64,000 nt of DNA from the human T2T-CHM13v2.0 reference genome, Homo sapiens (GCF_009914755.1 NC_060929.1), one strand, 5' to 3'. Numbered from the stretch's first letter, positions 35,111-51,795 are shown. Notes: a model not told the origin generated them from the letters alone. A program made the numbers and translations.

Positions 35111-35395
35111 AGACCGTCTCACTCTGTTGCCCAGGCTGGAGTGCAGTGGCATGATCATGGCTAACGGCAACCTTTGCCTCCCTGGGCTCAGGTGATTCTC
35201 ACACCTCAGTTTCCTGAGTAGCTGTGTCTACAGGTGTGTACCACTATGCTTTGCTAATTTTTGCATTTTTAGTAGGGACAAAGTTTTGCCATGTTGCCAA
35301 GGCTGGTCTTGAACTCCTGGCCTTAAGAGATCTGCTTACTTCAGCCTCCCAAAGTGCTAGGATTAAAGGCATGAGCCACCACACTTTGCCAGACC
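35079..35395 (-). mobile_element. Alu (AluJ-like) with an approximately 31-nt T tail
   Basis: diverged Alu body. Confidence 0.9.
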
Positions 35396-35624
35396 TATTT
35401 GTTTTCAAGTGACATTAACTAGCTTAAAAATAAAGGGAAAATTTATTAGAAGCAAACAATTATATCTTATGTAACAGGAGAAAGTGCATCTAGATGGCTA
35501 GAATCAGAGACTTAAGTCCACCAGAACTTTCTCTGACTCTAATTTCTTTACAAGGCTCAGCAGTCAGCCTCATTTCATTCATTTGCTGGCCGGAATTACT
35601 GCTCTAGAATTGAAGTAGTTTTTC

Positions 35625-35894
35625 CACACCTGGTGCCTCAGCTGGAATGTCTACAATGTCTGTGGGCTTGCCAGATCTCTCTCTCTCTCTCCATGTTTTC
35701 TCTCATCATTCTGTAGCCCAACTCAAGATTCTTTACATATTAGTTGTCTTCTAAAAGTGCAAAACATGGGAGATGCAAGATCCCTTAAGTCACACAACAC
35801 TTCAACTCTGTTGCATTTGTCAAAGCAAGTCACAGGCTAGGCCAGATTCAAGGAGAGGGGGAATGGGCTTCACCATCTGATGGGAGGAGTGGCA
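35625..35894 (-). mobile_element. MLT1-like LTR fragment
   Basis: gtcaaagcaagtcacaggctaggccagattcaaggagaggggg...ccatctgatgggaggagtggca. Confidence 0.6.
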
Positions 35895-36125
35895 TGGATG
35901 ATGGTTACTTTTATGTGTCAACTTGACTGGACCACAAGGTGCCCAGATATTTGTCTCTGCATGATTCTGGGTATGTCTATGAGGGGTTTCTGGATAAGAT
36001 TAACATTTGAATCGGTAGATCACGTAAAATGAGTTGTCCTCTCTAATTTGTGTGGACCTCCTCCACTCAGTTGAAGGCCTGAACAGAACAAAGAAGCGGA
36101 GGTCAAGAGAGAACTCCTCCTGAAC
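35895..36125 (+). mobile_element. MLT2 (ERVL) LTR 5' part
   Basis: tgatggttacttttatgtgtcaacttgactggaccaca..gtgcccagatatttg. Confidence 0.75.
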
Positions 36126-36984
36126 TGTGGGGTCAGGAAAGGCTGGGGTGCCGTGGAAATTAGCTTCAAAGGTTTTTCAAAGTTTATTGCTTGGTGTAGG
36201 TAATAGGGTCGATTCTCTGTAGAAGGACTTTTTCTTCTCTATATTCCTCCAACATAGTACGTTTTCCCCTGGTCTGGAGCAGGATGCTTTCTTAGTTTAT
36301 GATGCAACGACTTCACAGTGGATGTCTGCTTTATTTCTTTTTGAAATTCCATGAACTTTGAAATGAGTTCTTTTTACTTTGAGTTCTTCATATACATGTA
36401 AACAAAATGTTTTCCTGAATCCAAACAACCAGAGCTTTAAATTTTGAATAACTGTGAGAAAAATTGAGTACTTGAGATTCAAAGAAAAACACAGGCAAAG
36501 TCTCTGACATCGTTCCCCATCCCAAAGCTAACTTTGATGGTAAGTCATTAAACCGAGATTCTCTCAGGACCTGGGGCAGAAAACTGCACTAGGATGTTTT
36601 TTGTTTGGTTCAGGTTGGGTAACATTGGCATGTGATAGAAGTTATCTTTTGAATTAGCTCAAGAATAAGAGGTTCACTTTTATGAGCAGGGAGTTTCAGT
36701 ATGGTTTGTGTCATGAATAATCCTGCCTGACATGGACCATGACCCTTGAACATTCTGAAATGCAGGAAAATTCTAAGTCTTCATAAGATAAACAAGGAGC
36801 AGCATCTTGTTACTTTTTCTTTCCAATTTAAAGTATTATACTTCGGACTCTATGTTATACATAGAATTTTAAATGTGGGTTTATATTTAGACTTGAATAT
36901 GGTAGAAAACAAGGCTTGATATGTTCTGCTTCATAATGACACATCTATATCTATCTATCTATCTCTCTATATATATTTTGTAAT

Positions 36985-37925
<941 letters not shown>

Positions 37926-38232
37926 GATGGAGCTTTACCCCTTGCTTATTTGGAATGCAAAATAATATTTTGGTAATGTTTTCAATTTCAGTGGACCAGT
38001 ATTTTGTGTGTTTGAAGACAGGAAATAAATAAAGTCCTGGTACAAGCTCTTCCTTTTTGTTTCTGTTCTGAGTAAAGGGCTTGTGTCCAATGCCTTGCTG
38101 ACTCTCCTGAATATTTTGTCTAAAACACCCAACAATGTTGACCTATGCAGGATTATGATGGAAGTAAGTAGAAAGAGGTTTGCATATTATTTTGAATGCA
38201 TTTTCATCTTCAGATGAAGTAAAGATGAATCC

Positions 38233-38971
<739 letters not shown>

Positions 38972-39152
38972 AACTCATTGATTTTAAACCAAAGTTAGGG
39001 TTTGACAAACTCCATCTAGCCACACGGTTCTCTGTCTCAGTTTTAGCTTTGTCTTCCTATGCATGCTCAGTGATCAGCTGGCAAACAGGTTCCTAGCTGG
39101 ATGAGCATTCTTGCCTCCTCCCTCAGACCTTAGCATGGACACCCAGGGTAGA

Positions 39153-39598
39153 TATTAGGGGTTGAATTGTGTCCTTTCTCCCCCAAATTCATATGTTGAA
39201 GCCCTAAACCCCTGTACTTCAAAATGTGACCTTATGTGGAAATTGGGTCTTTGCAGGTTAGTTAAGATGAGGCCATTAAGGTGGACTCTAGTCCTAGGTG
39301 ACTGTTGTCCTTAACAAAAGGGGCTATTTGGTGACATAGATTGGGCACACAGGAAGAACCTCATGTGAGGACGAAGGGAGAGATTAGGATGATACTTCTG
39401 TAAGGCAGGAGAATCGTTTGAACCCAGCATCAGATGTTTGGCAAGAGACATTGAACAGGTTCTGTCTCACAGCCCTCAGAAGGAACCAACCCTGCCAGTA
39501 CCTTGATCTTGGACCTCTATTCTCCAGGACTGTAAGACAACACATTTCTGTTGTTTAGGCCACCCAGTTTGTGGTACATTGTTACAGCATCACTAGGA
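39153..39598 (+). mobile_element. MLT1B/C-like MaLR solo LTR
   Basis: ggttgaattgtgtcc...caaattcatatgttgaagccctaa; ends ccacccagtttgtggtacattgttacagca. Confidence 0.8.
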
Positions 39599-41624
39599 TT
39601 ATCAGATAATGGAAGTTGAACTGAGCAACCCAGCTTTTGTGACCCCAAACATGGTTGGTGGTAGGGCTTTATCTTGGTCACAGGCTCTAGAAGAATCTGC
39701 ACTTGTCATTTACTATAAGCCCTTCACAACTGGACTCTTCTACTCAATGCTTATTCAAGATTTTTTTTCAGGTGCTGATCTTATTGAAATTTGTAGTATT
39801 AATATTTTAGAACTGTATATAATGTATTTACCTTCCAAAATTTCCTTCAATGCCTGACAGCTTTCTATCTACTGACCCAATTGTGATGACAAACCAATGC
39901 TGGCTTTGGTAGTCAAATTCCTGACCACATGCTAATGGTTGACTCATTCAGTTTTTTGCCTGCAGATTTAGTCTCAACGAAATGAGCCACACTTTTTTTC
40001 TTACAAAGCAGCATTACCTTCTGGGGAGAATGAAATGTGGTTTTTCTTTGACAGATAAGTGGGAAAACCATCTGTGCATTTCCCGTCTGAATCAAGCTTA
40101 AGCCCCTCCCCTAGTCATCCAGGGCTGCATTAACCATGGACTACCGGTGCCCCAGCAAGGGGAGGCTGTGGATGTGGATAACTCCACACAGCTGTGCCTG
40201 GAGGCTGACGGACTATGGCAGATATTTCTCCACTTTATTCAGGGACCAGAATATGTTCACTTTGCTTGGAGGAACTGATTAATTAAGTGATGGACTGGAG
40301 AACAAAGAGGTAGCGGTTGATTATATTCATTAGAGGAAATAGAAAATTAACTCCTTAATTAAGGTATTATATTGTCATACTTCAATATCACATATTCTGC
40401 ACTTCCTTAAAAGAGTTCAGTGTATTTCTTTTGCATGCCTGGTAATAACCTCAGGAAGCAGGACTGACTGAATATCATGATGTCTATTTAGCATTTAAAG
40501 GAACTGAAAAGTGGAAATGTACACGTCTCTTTCCCCCCTACTCTAAAGTTTAATTCAAATGCAATTGCAACCAACATTTCACTAGGAAGGTGGCTTGTAC
40601 ATTTGAATAGACAAATGGATATTTGGCACTTCTGTCCATTTTTCAACAAACTGTTGTCAAGTACAATTTTGGTAGCTTGAGGGTTGCAGAAGGTGCAACA
40701 GGTGGCTGCACCTCAGCTCTTCCTTCTCTAAAGGAAGAAATGCAAGACTGGGAAGATTGTTCTCTAACTGTGGCAGGTAAACACGGTCTGCTCCCAAAGT
40801 GAGTTGAGACCACTGGGGAATGGACTCTGTGCCCATGATTATAGAATTGAGATTACCAGTTGGGAAATTAGAGGCAACTTTCAGGTTTGTATAGCATATA
40901 GTTTGCTGAATCCAATTCCTATCTATCCTATATATTAGGATTTTCATTTTTAGAGCAAAAATTTGAGTTCGTCCCTCAAAATGCCTATTTCCTCTCTTTT
41001 TGGAGTTAATGTATTTTTAAGGAAGTGCTGCCAGCTCCAATTTCTACAACTGTCAATTCCTTATCTGCTATTTGGAAATCACTGCAGAGCCTGGATCATC
41101 GGAGGCAGTTTTGGGGCCATCTCCCATTCCCAGAATGGCATCAAACCTTAAATTGGAAGGTATCGAAGGAGGCGAAGAAACTATTTCCAGCAGTGAAGTG
41201 AACTAGGATTAAACAACTCCCCAACAAAACAAAAACTGAAAAAATGAGAACTGGGACCTAAATACCTCAAGGTGGTGAAATTGTCACTTATCAGAGCAGA
41301 ACCAAACAAGACAGCCTTCAGCTAGAGCCAGCCTGAGAGCTGAAAGACCAGAAGTGAAGGGAAGGAAGCTTGGAGAAGGGGAGCAGAAACAGAATAAAAT
41401 AAGTCAAAATAAAATAAAAGCAGCCTAGCCTAGTGGAAAGGTACAAGTGTGGTGGCTGATTGGCTGCAGATGGAGACTGTAATTTTCTAAGGTTATCAGT
41501 GACTAGCAGGCAGTGACAGGGAAGAGGGGGTGTCAGGTCTGAGGAGAAGAAAACCGGAACTATTTTGCTGTGTAGAAAGTCACCATGCTACACGTCATGG
41601 CCCACGAAGGGCTGATTATATTAC

Positions 41625-41722
41625 AGAAATATTATATTATATAATATTATATACAATATATAATATATAATATATAAATATTATATAATATATAAATATT
41701 ATATAAAGAAATATTATATAAA
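41625..41722. repeat. AT-rich low-complexity tract ending in about 3 copies of a 15-bp unit (ataaagaaatattat)
   Basis: read directly from the sequence. Confidence 0.85.
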
Positions 41723-42071
41723 GAAATATTATATAAAGAAATAGTGGCTCAGAATTATGATCTTCAGCTATCAAGAAAACTTTGAATCATGTTTGTGTAT
41801 TTTACTAAGGAAGGAAAATAAGTTTATAATATATGACGTGTTTCATTTGAAAGTGAGAGTTTGAGTTAAACGGTTAAATTCAGCGATCTGGAAAAGTGTT
41901 ACGTAGAGTCACGTATCCCTTGAAATATTGGGAAATTGATGTGGAAGTTATGCTGCGCCTCACCCTTGAGATGAAAAGATTGAAAATTAGATTTCACAGA
42001 ACAAAAATCATTGCTGGGGGCAGTTTGTGAGACAACAATGTTGAAGAATAAAAGGAGTAAAAATAAAGATG

Positions 42072-42207
42072 AACACACACACACACAGATACACATACAC
42101 ACAATCACACGCTGACAGAGACATACGCCAACTCACATATACACTCACACTCATACACACAAACATACACTCTCATATTCACACATACACTCACTCACTC
42201 ACACACG
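42072..42207. repeat. degenerate (CA)n tract
   Basis: read directly from the sequence. Confidence 0.8.
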
Positions 42208-42877
42208 ATCAATGCCCTCCGGATTCACTTTATTCTTTTCCCTCCCTTGCCTTTTTCTAGAAAGAGCTGTATTTGCTGTTTCAGGATTGCTAATGTGAAA
42301 TTTACCCAGGTGGAAGGACCAGGAGGAGAGAAGTGTTTGCTGAATGAAAATTTGTAGCAGAATGTGGGCTATTCTCTCCCTTCTGTGTCGTCAAGTGACT
42401 TCTTTCTCCCCCACTCCCCATTTCAAGTTGGCCTTAGGCACACATTTCTAGGGCTTTCTGTGCTCATGCATTATTGACAGGTAATCCCTTTCTCCATTCC
42501 CACGGGGCGCCGAATGAGTCCTGCGGTGAGCTAGCACTTTAGCAAGGGGAAGTTGGGAGTAAGAGTCTGTTATTTCATCATCCCAGCAAGCAGAACAACT
42601 AACTGCCTCCCTACCTGTTTGTGTATTAACTAAATGGACACCAACAAAATGTCATTAGGACGGGAAGTCCGGGATCTTGCAGTTTCAAGCCATTGCATCT
42701 CTAGCCCCTTCAGAAGAGAGATTGCTGGGCCCCAGGAGATGGTTTTGAAGGAGGAGGGTCGGTTGAAAAAGATCAAGGCCACTGCAGTGGGGCTGGGTGG
42801 AGATCACCTCAGTGATCCCTGGAATGCATTATTTGTCTTTTCACTTTCAAAATACAGGGTTCTAAGGCACATGTCTG

Positions 42878-43248
42878 TGAGGAAAGAAAAATAGAGCGTT
42901 CTGAGCTACATGAGGTATGAGAAATTTATCAGGCCCAGAGAGACAGAAGTATGGAACTCCAATCATTCCCTCCCCACCCTGCACCCCTGCCTGGGGGTAA
43001 TGTTTTAAAGGCATTTTGTTCCAGATTAACTGCCTAACACATTGTCTTCTTGTTGCTGGAATTTGCAATACAAAGAACACCTTATGTTATTTTAACATAA
43101 TTTATTGGTAAACAACTCAGGAACTGCTTTCTTCTTTTTCCTTTAAAAATCCACTTGAATACTCTCCAGGGCGGCAATCCTCAAGCTTGGCCCGAATCAA
43201 CTCTCTACTTATGTTAATTTTGGCTCAGCTTCTTCCTTTTAGTTGACA
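42878..43248 (+). mobile_element. ERV1 MER4-group solo LTR (LTR54/MER34-like)
   Basis: tgaggaaagaaaaatag...aaatttatcaggcccagagagac; ends caatcctcaagcttggccc...cttccttttagttgaca; flanks tctg/gctg. Confidence 0.6.
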
Positions 43249-44459
43249 GCTGAGATGCCCAGAACATTGAAGGGACAGGTAAACATTTCGACAGTGAACA
43301 GATAAGAATTAGAATGTCTTGAGTTTAGAGAGAGCTTTGTGTTTGCTCTCTGACATTTGTTTACTGTGTGTGAGGCTTTTACAAGTGAATCCCAGGGTGG
43401 GATAATAATAGCCGTGGGGCACCAGCTGCCGGCTAGGCTTTGGGTGCCGAAGAATTTGTGGACATTTTACAGGCTAATAGATTTTTTTTTTTTTAAACTG
43501 CAGGAGTTCTGTGGGAATTCCTCTGCAAATTTTAAAATAAGTTGTAGGAGTAGGAAAGTGAGACTTTCTCTTTCTCTCTCTCTCTCTTATATTTTTCCAA
43601 AGAGCGAAAATGAGCCAAATTTAGAGCTAGTTTTGAAAGCATTTTCTCACTTTGCCTTAGGAACGAAGAGTGAGGAAAATCAAGTGTCATCAGCACCAGC
43701 TCTTTGAATGCGGGTGAGAGGAAACACAAAGCCCCGGCTTATTTCAATTGAGCAAGACAATGCAAGAGATTTAGAGATTTTAGGTCGTAAAGGACCCGTG
43801 AGCTCCTTTGTTCCAAAGTTTGTCCTATTGCCATTGAGGCATCTGTTTTCCAGTAACTATAACCCCTGTTTCCTGAATCAGGGCTGCCCGCTCGGGTGGG
43901 TCACAGAGAGAAAGCATCGTGGGCCAAAATGTGGGTGTTGGGAGCCATATGGTGGGTTAAGAGGAAGATGAGGAGGAAGAGGTTAAATTGGGCTCAGGGA
44001 TCAGAGCAGGCAGAGGGGTTTCCAGGAAAGTTAAGACGCAGGGCAGAAATACCATTCAAAGAGTCAACATTGTAACCCTGGAGGTGGGGACAGATTCTTC
44101 CAAGGTTATCTCAGGACTAATCTCTCATTCCACTTTCAGACTTACAACTAGGAAAAATGTGTTCTTTTCCCTTTGAGCTAAGGTGGGCTATCAGCTTAGC
44201 ATACCTGCCCTCGTTTCATCCTTTCTTGCAGGTCCACTCCAGGACCTGCCAGGATTGCTGTGAAAGACTCAAAATAGGACCCTCTGAGCCAGTTTTCCAA
44301 TTCTCTTTCCCAGAATTCTGGGGTGTGCCTGGAGGGAGAGAGGGAAGCTGAATCTTCTCCATCCTGCCTTTCAGGTTTCCTGTCTCAGGATTCCTGGTAA
44401 CATTTCCTTTGGGAAAAAGAAGGGAGTTCTGTCAATTAACAAAACATTTGAAAAATCAC

Positions 44460-44560
44460 TCATCCACTCTCTTCTCATTTTACAAATGAGGAAACTGAGA
44501 TCAAAATAGGTTAATAGACTGACCCAGGATTCTGCCATTAATGGCACAGATTGAGTTACA
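44460..44560 (-). mobile_element. MIR core
   Basis: cattttacaaatgaggaaactgag. Confidence 0.65.
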
Positions 44561-47500
44561 GCTCAATTTTTCAACCACCAGGGCACTGGTGATGATTTTA
44601 AAGAACTAAGATAAGGAGAAGAAGACTAAGTGTTAAATGCACTAGCTGCATTTCTATTTTAAACTACTGTAATATAGTAATTCTAAAAGGCCTGTTTTGC
44701 TGGTTTGCTTCTTTTATGAAAGCAGAATCAAACTCAGATTTCTTGCTTTAAATAATTCAGTTGATGACTGAAATTTAACCAAGTGGTGAGTTTCTTCACA
44801 TTTTTCAGAACAGCCCTTAAGAAACAAAAATAATTATGTTTGTTGACTTAAAAAATTTATAGGAATACTTACTTTTTCCCACTTTCTCCCTTTTTCCCAA
44901 CTTGGAAGCTTAACCTCATTTGATCATCTTCCATTCAACTTTCAAACACTGTCCATACTGTTGTGTAGTAACCATGCAGTGTTCTTCTTCAGTAGGGGAT
45001 AAAATGCAACCACTATCTAGGGGTGAATAAAAATATCTAACGGTATTAGCAAACCAGTATAAAGTGTACAGTAGAAAAAATTTAAACTTGGAATTATGTC
45101 TTCTTTTCCAGTTTCTCTGGTATTAATATTTTCTGGAAAACATCCTCAAGGCTTGTCCTAGCTACCATCTTCCTGACATTGTCCCAGGTGTTGCAGTTAC
45201 TAATGTGAGCAAGACATCCTCCTGGCCTTAGCGAGTGTACCCAGGAGTTATATAAAGGATATTCTGGGAGCCGGAAGAAGGAGCGAATAAAGCAGACTGC
45301 ACAGATGGAACATGGAAAGGCTTTTAACAGAAATGAATACTTTCAGACTAGGTTTGAAGGACTGAGTAGGAGTAAACTAAAAGAGAAAAAGCAGGACAAA
45401 AGAAGCACCACTTTGGAAGCTCAAAGCCGCACTGGAAACACAGTCTTTCAGGATGTCTGAAAGGGGCAAGTCTGTTTGTGTGGGGTAAGAAATGCGGGGA
45501 GACAAACGGACAGTGGACAGATTGCAGAGAGCTCTGTGTGCTGAGAGGAGGGTGCAGACCAGATTTTTAAATTGAGAATGCAACAGTGAAGGATTTCAAG
45601 CTTGGAGTGAGAGGGGAGACTACGAGCCTGCAGTGATAAGGCAAAGCTGAAGATTTCAGAGCCAAGGCCACACCCTACAGTTGCCATGGAATGGGGTGGC
45701 ACAGTGGGCTTTGGAGGTAAAGTCTGCAGTTGAGAAGTTCAAGGGTAGTAAGTACTTAATGCCAGGTCAATCATCCCTTTTAAGACACAGATATCATCTG
45801 CAGCGTTTTCAGGAACAGCGATAGAGAAGAAAAGCAGGCAGCTACTAGATATTCAAATCTTCCACAAATGTCAGGGAGAGAGTCAGGCAGTTGGTAGAAG
45901 AGACCTGTAAAGCTGGGTACCATAAGCCTCAACACAGGTGTTTTTATTTCAAGGCTGGGGAGCTGTGCTTTGGAAAAGCAATGAGGAGGTAACAGGAAGT
46001 CTCTTCTCCTTCTAAATCCTGTGTTCATGGAGGAGGGTGGGTTTTCTCCTCTTGAGAGGGAGTTACATACAAGTTTAAGGGAAAAGAGTCTGAAGTTTCC
46101 ACCTAAATGATTCTGAAAGAATCAGGTAAGTAGTTGCTTAGAAATATTGCTAAATGTTGCATAAAGAGATACAGCTCTTCTATGGAGTAACAGATCCCGG
46201 CTACTCAATAGCTTTTTGCATTTTTTCCTGGGCTATGGAGATATTTGCAGCTTTCCATTACGTGTTAATATCTCTCATCTTACCACTGAAAGTTTATTTC
46301 TATCAATTTGCCTTCAAGTGAACTGCAGTTTCATATTTGTGATTTTATTTTTACCAAAATGAAATGGCTTATTTTTATCAAAAAATACTATTGAAAAAAA
46401 TACTATTTTACCAAGAATATTATTGTGTGCTAGATGCTGGAGGCATAAAAGGGAACAAGTTAGGAACTGTTGCTTTTCATGGACAGTTGGTGTGGAGTTT
46501 TAGTAAGACTTTTGAACACTTAAATTTATATCTTTCTTTTAAGAACCAATAAAAAAAGAGCAACTCTTTATAACAGCATTATATTACATCATCTTCAAAG
46601 ATCAATGTGTGTACAACATTTAAATAAATCAATATCTAGGTGTGATCATTAATCCTTAATCATGATGAACCATTGCTTAATCTAACCTGTGTTTACTTTT
46701 ATTTCTGTTATAATTTGTTGACATTTTAGAAGTATAGTTCTTGTTCTCCAAGAAATATGGCACTCAAAGTCCCTGAAATTACTTGCCAAGTCATTGGGCT
46801 TTTGTCTCATGTATTTCTTAGGTCTTTGAAACAACTAGAGATTTATCTTTACCCATCTTCTGGTTTTATCTTTTTGAGTCTTTTTTTTTCTTACAATGGT
46901 CTGTAGTCAATTTAGGCAAATCTCTGTGTGAGTATTATGTGTGAGTATTATATATCTCTATGCCTCTTGGCAGAGGTGAATAACTTTTCCTTTTTATAAG
47001 AGGAATATAATTTTCCTCATTCCCAGTAGACATTAAGCTTATTAGCTACTTAACTTTTTGGTAATTTGCATTCATTTTCTCTATAGCAACAAAACATCTG
47101 AAGTGGAAGGAGAAAAAATTAGTTTACACCCAAAATTACTTTTATAAAAGGTTATATATTTCCTCTAACAATTATTTAAAAAGCAAACACTGAAAAATAG
47201 TGTAATAAGTCGCAAAAATAAAACTAAAAATGGCTTTAATCACAGGTGTAGTCAAACCCCAGTGATCGTTACAAAACCTGTTAAGACTCATATGACTAAA
47301 ATTGTGATTACTACATAAATAGTTTTATTATTTTTAAGCACATGTGTAAAGTTTAAGGAACATTTAAGAGTAATTGTTATTAGCAAATTATTTCTAAAGT
47401 CATCTTAAAATGCCTTATTTTTTTATTTATTTGAAAAGGGTAGAAATCTCTGTTCACGTTTACTTTGTTCCACTCTGCCAAAAGGGCATAAGTGTCCCAA

Positions 47501-47689
47501 TTGTTTTATGAGCAAAACATATGTGTGACTGTGTGCATACAAGTATAGACATGAATTCACACACAATTCCATTAATAACAAGGGATATCCTTGATGGGTA
47601 CTGTTAGCTGAATATCAAGCAGTTGAATCATTTCATTTTCTTCCTGGAAAAGTTACTTTTCAAGGATTGGTAAATGATTGCCCTCGCAC

Positions 47690-48120
47690 CTCAGGGCAAC
47701 CATGTTACCAATGAGATCTAAGGAGAATTCCACTTAGGGGCTTCTAGAAAAGGTGTTTCTTTCTGTGGAAAGGGTCAGGTGCAAAAAGACAGCTCCCTGG
47801 TTCAGCCCCTCGCCCTATTTTCCTGCCATGAATGCAGTTCTGCCAGAGAATGATTGTGGCTCTGTGGCAGCTATCTTGGTCTAGCCCATAAGGCAGTAAG
47901 CCTAAGGGAAAAAAAAATTCATCGCATATCTTGGATGATAGAAGATAAAGAAATGATACAAAGGTTGAAGGGAGAATAAGAAGAAGCCTACATCTCTGAT
48001 AACATCAGTTTGTTACTGCACCAAATCTGGAACCACTTACCTAGAGTTTCACGGTGTGTGAGATAATTAAAAGTTAACTGTGCTGACACACCTATTGGCA
48101 GCTGAATGCTAACTGATACA
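47690..48120 (+). mobile_element. old MLT1-like LTR
   Basis: gtggcagctatcttg...tgtgagataattaaa; ends gcagctgaatgctaactgataca. Confidence 0.5.
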
Positions 48121-48593
48121 TTACCACACTTTCTGACTCATTCCTGATGTCACGTTTGATTAGTAAGTATAGCAGATATCCAAACCCAGGTTTTTGGATT
48201 CAAAGTCCAGGGTTTTCCTGGCCTTGATGTCTCCCCATATTGTCACAATCTGGGAAATAAATCCACATACTGTGAAGTAATAACATACACTGCTTATTTT
48301 GAACAATTTCCCTACTCTGATTTAAAGCCCTGTTTCTCTCTTCACCCTCTGGACTTACTCTGCTCATGATTTGTCCAACAAATTCTGGCTGTGAATATCT
48401 CTTTATAGTCACTTGTGACTGAATGTCCATTTGCTGTATTAAGACTTTGGGCACATTACCAGACATCACCTTATATTTCCTCATCTTTATAAGAGGATAA
48501 TTTCTATTAACCTCTTCACATATTTCATACTCTTGTTGGGTGGGGAGGAGCTCATGGGGTGGGGCTTAATTCATTATCAACATTTGGCTTTTT

Positions 48594-48932
<339 letters not shown>

Positions 48933-49517
48933 TAGGTGTTCACATGTTTTTGTGTGTTGTAAACATTTAATAACGACTACTAATAAGAACACAGATGAGT
49001 TTGCAAAGCTTGTGAAATTGCCCGGCTGATGGAAATTTGGCTTGCAAGCATTCATGCGGGAGAGAAGGTAGAGATTGAAGGAGCTCACGATTGCCTGCCA
49101 AAGTTGTCTGCATCTCAGTTGGAGAGGATTCGAAGCTTACTTTGAACCTTTAACTAAGAAACTTTTTAATATAAAAGTAAAGTATATATGAATTTAGCAT
49201 TTGAATTTCGGTTTTTTTTTTAAATTTACCGTCTACTATATGACATATGTGTAGAAATTACATACTGAGTCAAGGCCCATAATGAACTATTACATTTCCA
49301 CTTGGCATTATTTGTAAAGAAATAGGTGTGTTCAATATTTTTCTTCAATCTCTTTCGAGATATGAAGTGTTAAAGATCTATATGTAGATGTTTGCCATGT
49401 GTGTGACTGAAATCTAATTATAGAGTTATTTGTGTACTCAAAGAAACTACAGTTTCTCCAGTCAGAGCTTATGACCAAACTGGGCACTACAATGGGCTCC
49501 TTAAGAATGCTGCATTA

Positions 49518-49939
<422 letters not shown>

Positions 49940-50149
49940 CTAGGCCAGTGGGACCTCAAGTCTCAGTCAATGAAATGTATCCATATATTTAAAGAAAAAT
50001 ATGTGTCCAACAGATGGGGGATTGAGAAGCCAGAAAAGCGTAAGAAATCACAGAAGAGCTTTTTGCTGTTAAACCAAGACTTGTCTGAAGAAGATGATGC
50101 TTGGAACCAGGGTAGACTTCCAAGGGGAGGCATATTATTATTGTTGTTA

Positions 50150-50390
50150 TTATTATTAGCTTCTAGTATATATTGGTTGTTTTCTACATCAGATGCTACA
50201 TATTTTATGTATCATGTAACTTATTCCTCATAAAAACTCATGAATGTAGGCACTACTATTTACTTTATAAATGAGGATATTAACGTGGAAGGAGATCAAG
50301 TTTCTTATCTAGGAGCCTAGAGCTAATAAGTGGCAGTGTTGGTATTTGAACTTAGCCTTGAGAGCCTGTACATATAACCACAATTATGAG
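50150..50390 (-). mobile_element. MIR
   Basis: ttattcctcataaaaactcatgaatgtaggcactactatttactttataaatgagga...agctaataagtggcag. Confidence 0.6.
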
Positions 50391-50619
50391 AACTTACAAG
50401 GACAAAGGAGAATTTTCTCCTCGATTTTGCAAAGAGGTTCAGAATTTGTGACTAACCCAATAGTATGTGTCAGAATTAAGACAATAATTCAGGTCTTCTG
50501 AATCTTAGTTTGATGTATTTCTGGTATACCTGAATTCTTCTCCACAGGCAAGTCATTAAAGATAGGCCAGTAAAGAGTAGATTGCCTTCAGAGTTGGGGC
50601 AGCAATGGAGAACGGTATT

Positions 50620-51530
50620 CTCTGGAAGAAAGTCACTATGCATAGTTCACACTTAAGGAGTGGAGAGTTATTCTCCACCTCCTTGAGGGAAGATTATATA
50701 TTGGAATTCTTCTGCACTGGAGATTTGTCTATTTTTCTCCATTTATTTATTTTTTCAGTCATTTATTTATATCAGTATGGACTCATGGGTATTCATGTTA
50801 TGTTTTGAGTTATAATCCAAAAGATTTTATTTATCTTTGTGCCCGAATTGTGCCAGCATTAGCCATTGGGAGCATGTTCTGTTGGCCCCTTTGTCTTCTT
50901 GACATGCCCATAATTGTGGGTTTTTTTTTTTTCTTAGCACTTATGAAAAGAACTTTTAGTTTCAGGGGTACATGAGCAGGTTGGCTCTATAGGTAAGTTG
51001 CATGTCTTGGGGGGTTGGTGTACATATTATTTCAGCCCCAGGTTATGAGCATGTACCCAGTAGGTAGTTTTTTGGTCCTCACCCTCCTCCCACCCTCCAC
51101 CCTCAAGCAGGCCCTGGTGTCTGTTGTTCCCTTCTTTGTGTCCATGTGTACTCAATGTTTAGCTGTCACTTGTACGTGAGAGCATGCAGTGTTTGGTTTT
51201 CTGTTCCTGCGCTAGTTCGCTTAGGATAATGGCTTCCAGCCCCATCCATGTTGCTACAAAGGACATGATCTTGTTCTTCTTTCATGCCTGTGTCGTATTC
51301 CACAGTGTACATGTACCGCATTTTCTTTATCCAGTATACTATTGATGGGCATTTAGGTTGATTCCATGATTTTGCTATTGTGACTAGTACTTAGCACTTC
51401 TTTGTTTTCTGGCATTATAGGATGCCCTAGGTGTTCCTGCTTCAGTCTTAGAGCTAGCCATTTCTCCAAGGTGCCCTGGTTCCTTTGACTGAAGAATGGC
51501 ATTAGAAACCAAGGTTGAGGTACTAGGTGT
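50620..51530 (-). mobile_element. old L1MC/MD 3' UTR interrupted by an L1PA
   Basis: ccacctccttgaggga...ttagccattgggagc; resumes agccatttctccaaggtgccctggttccttt. Confidence 0.65.
50943..51389 (-). mobile_element. older L1PA (PA13-16-like) 3' end
   Basis: L1 3' UTR ccctcctcccaccctccaccctcaag; TSD cttagcactt. Confidence 0.85.
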
Positions 51531-51549
51531 GAATCTTATTTTAAATAGT

Positions 51550-51795
51550 AATTAATACTCGGAAGTGAAGACAGTTGTTGCCCTTGGTGGGGTGGTGGTG
51601 ACAGGAAGATGTCCCCAAGAGGCTTCAAGGGTATCTGATCTGTTTCTTGATCTCAGTCTTGGTTGCCTGGGCTTCTTCATTCAGTGAAATTCATCAAGGA
51701 TACACTTAGGCTACGTGTACTTTCCTGCCTTCATGTTGTATTTCAATAAATACTTGTTTATTTAGAAAATAAAGAAAAACAAAACAAAACAAAAA
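51550..51795 (+). mobile_element. L1M 3' terminus
   Basis: tgtttcttgatct...gtgaaattcatcaaggatacacttag...gttgtatttcaataaa followed by an A-rich tail. Confidence 0.6.

Noticed and set aside
40120-40370. Possible CTCF-like site (ccagcaaggggag) and TTAATTAA palindromes as a conserved enhancer
   Set aside because: Motif matches are partial and expected by chance; conservation cannot be assessed here
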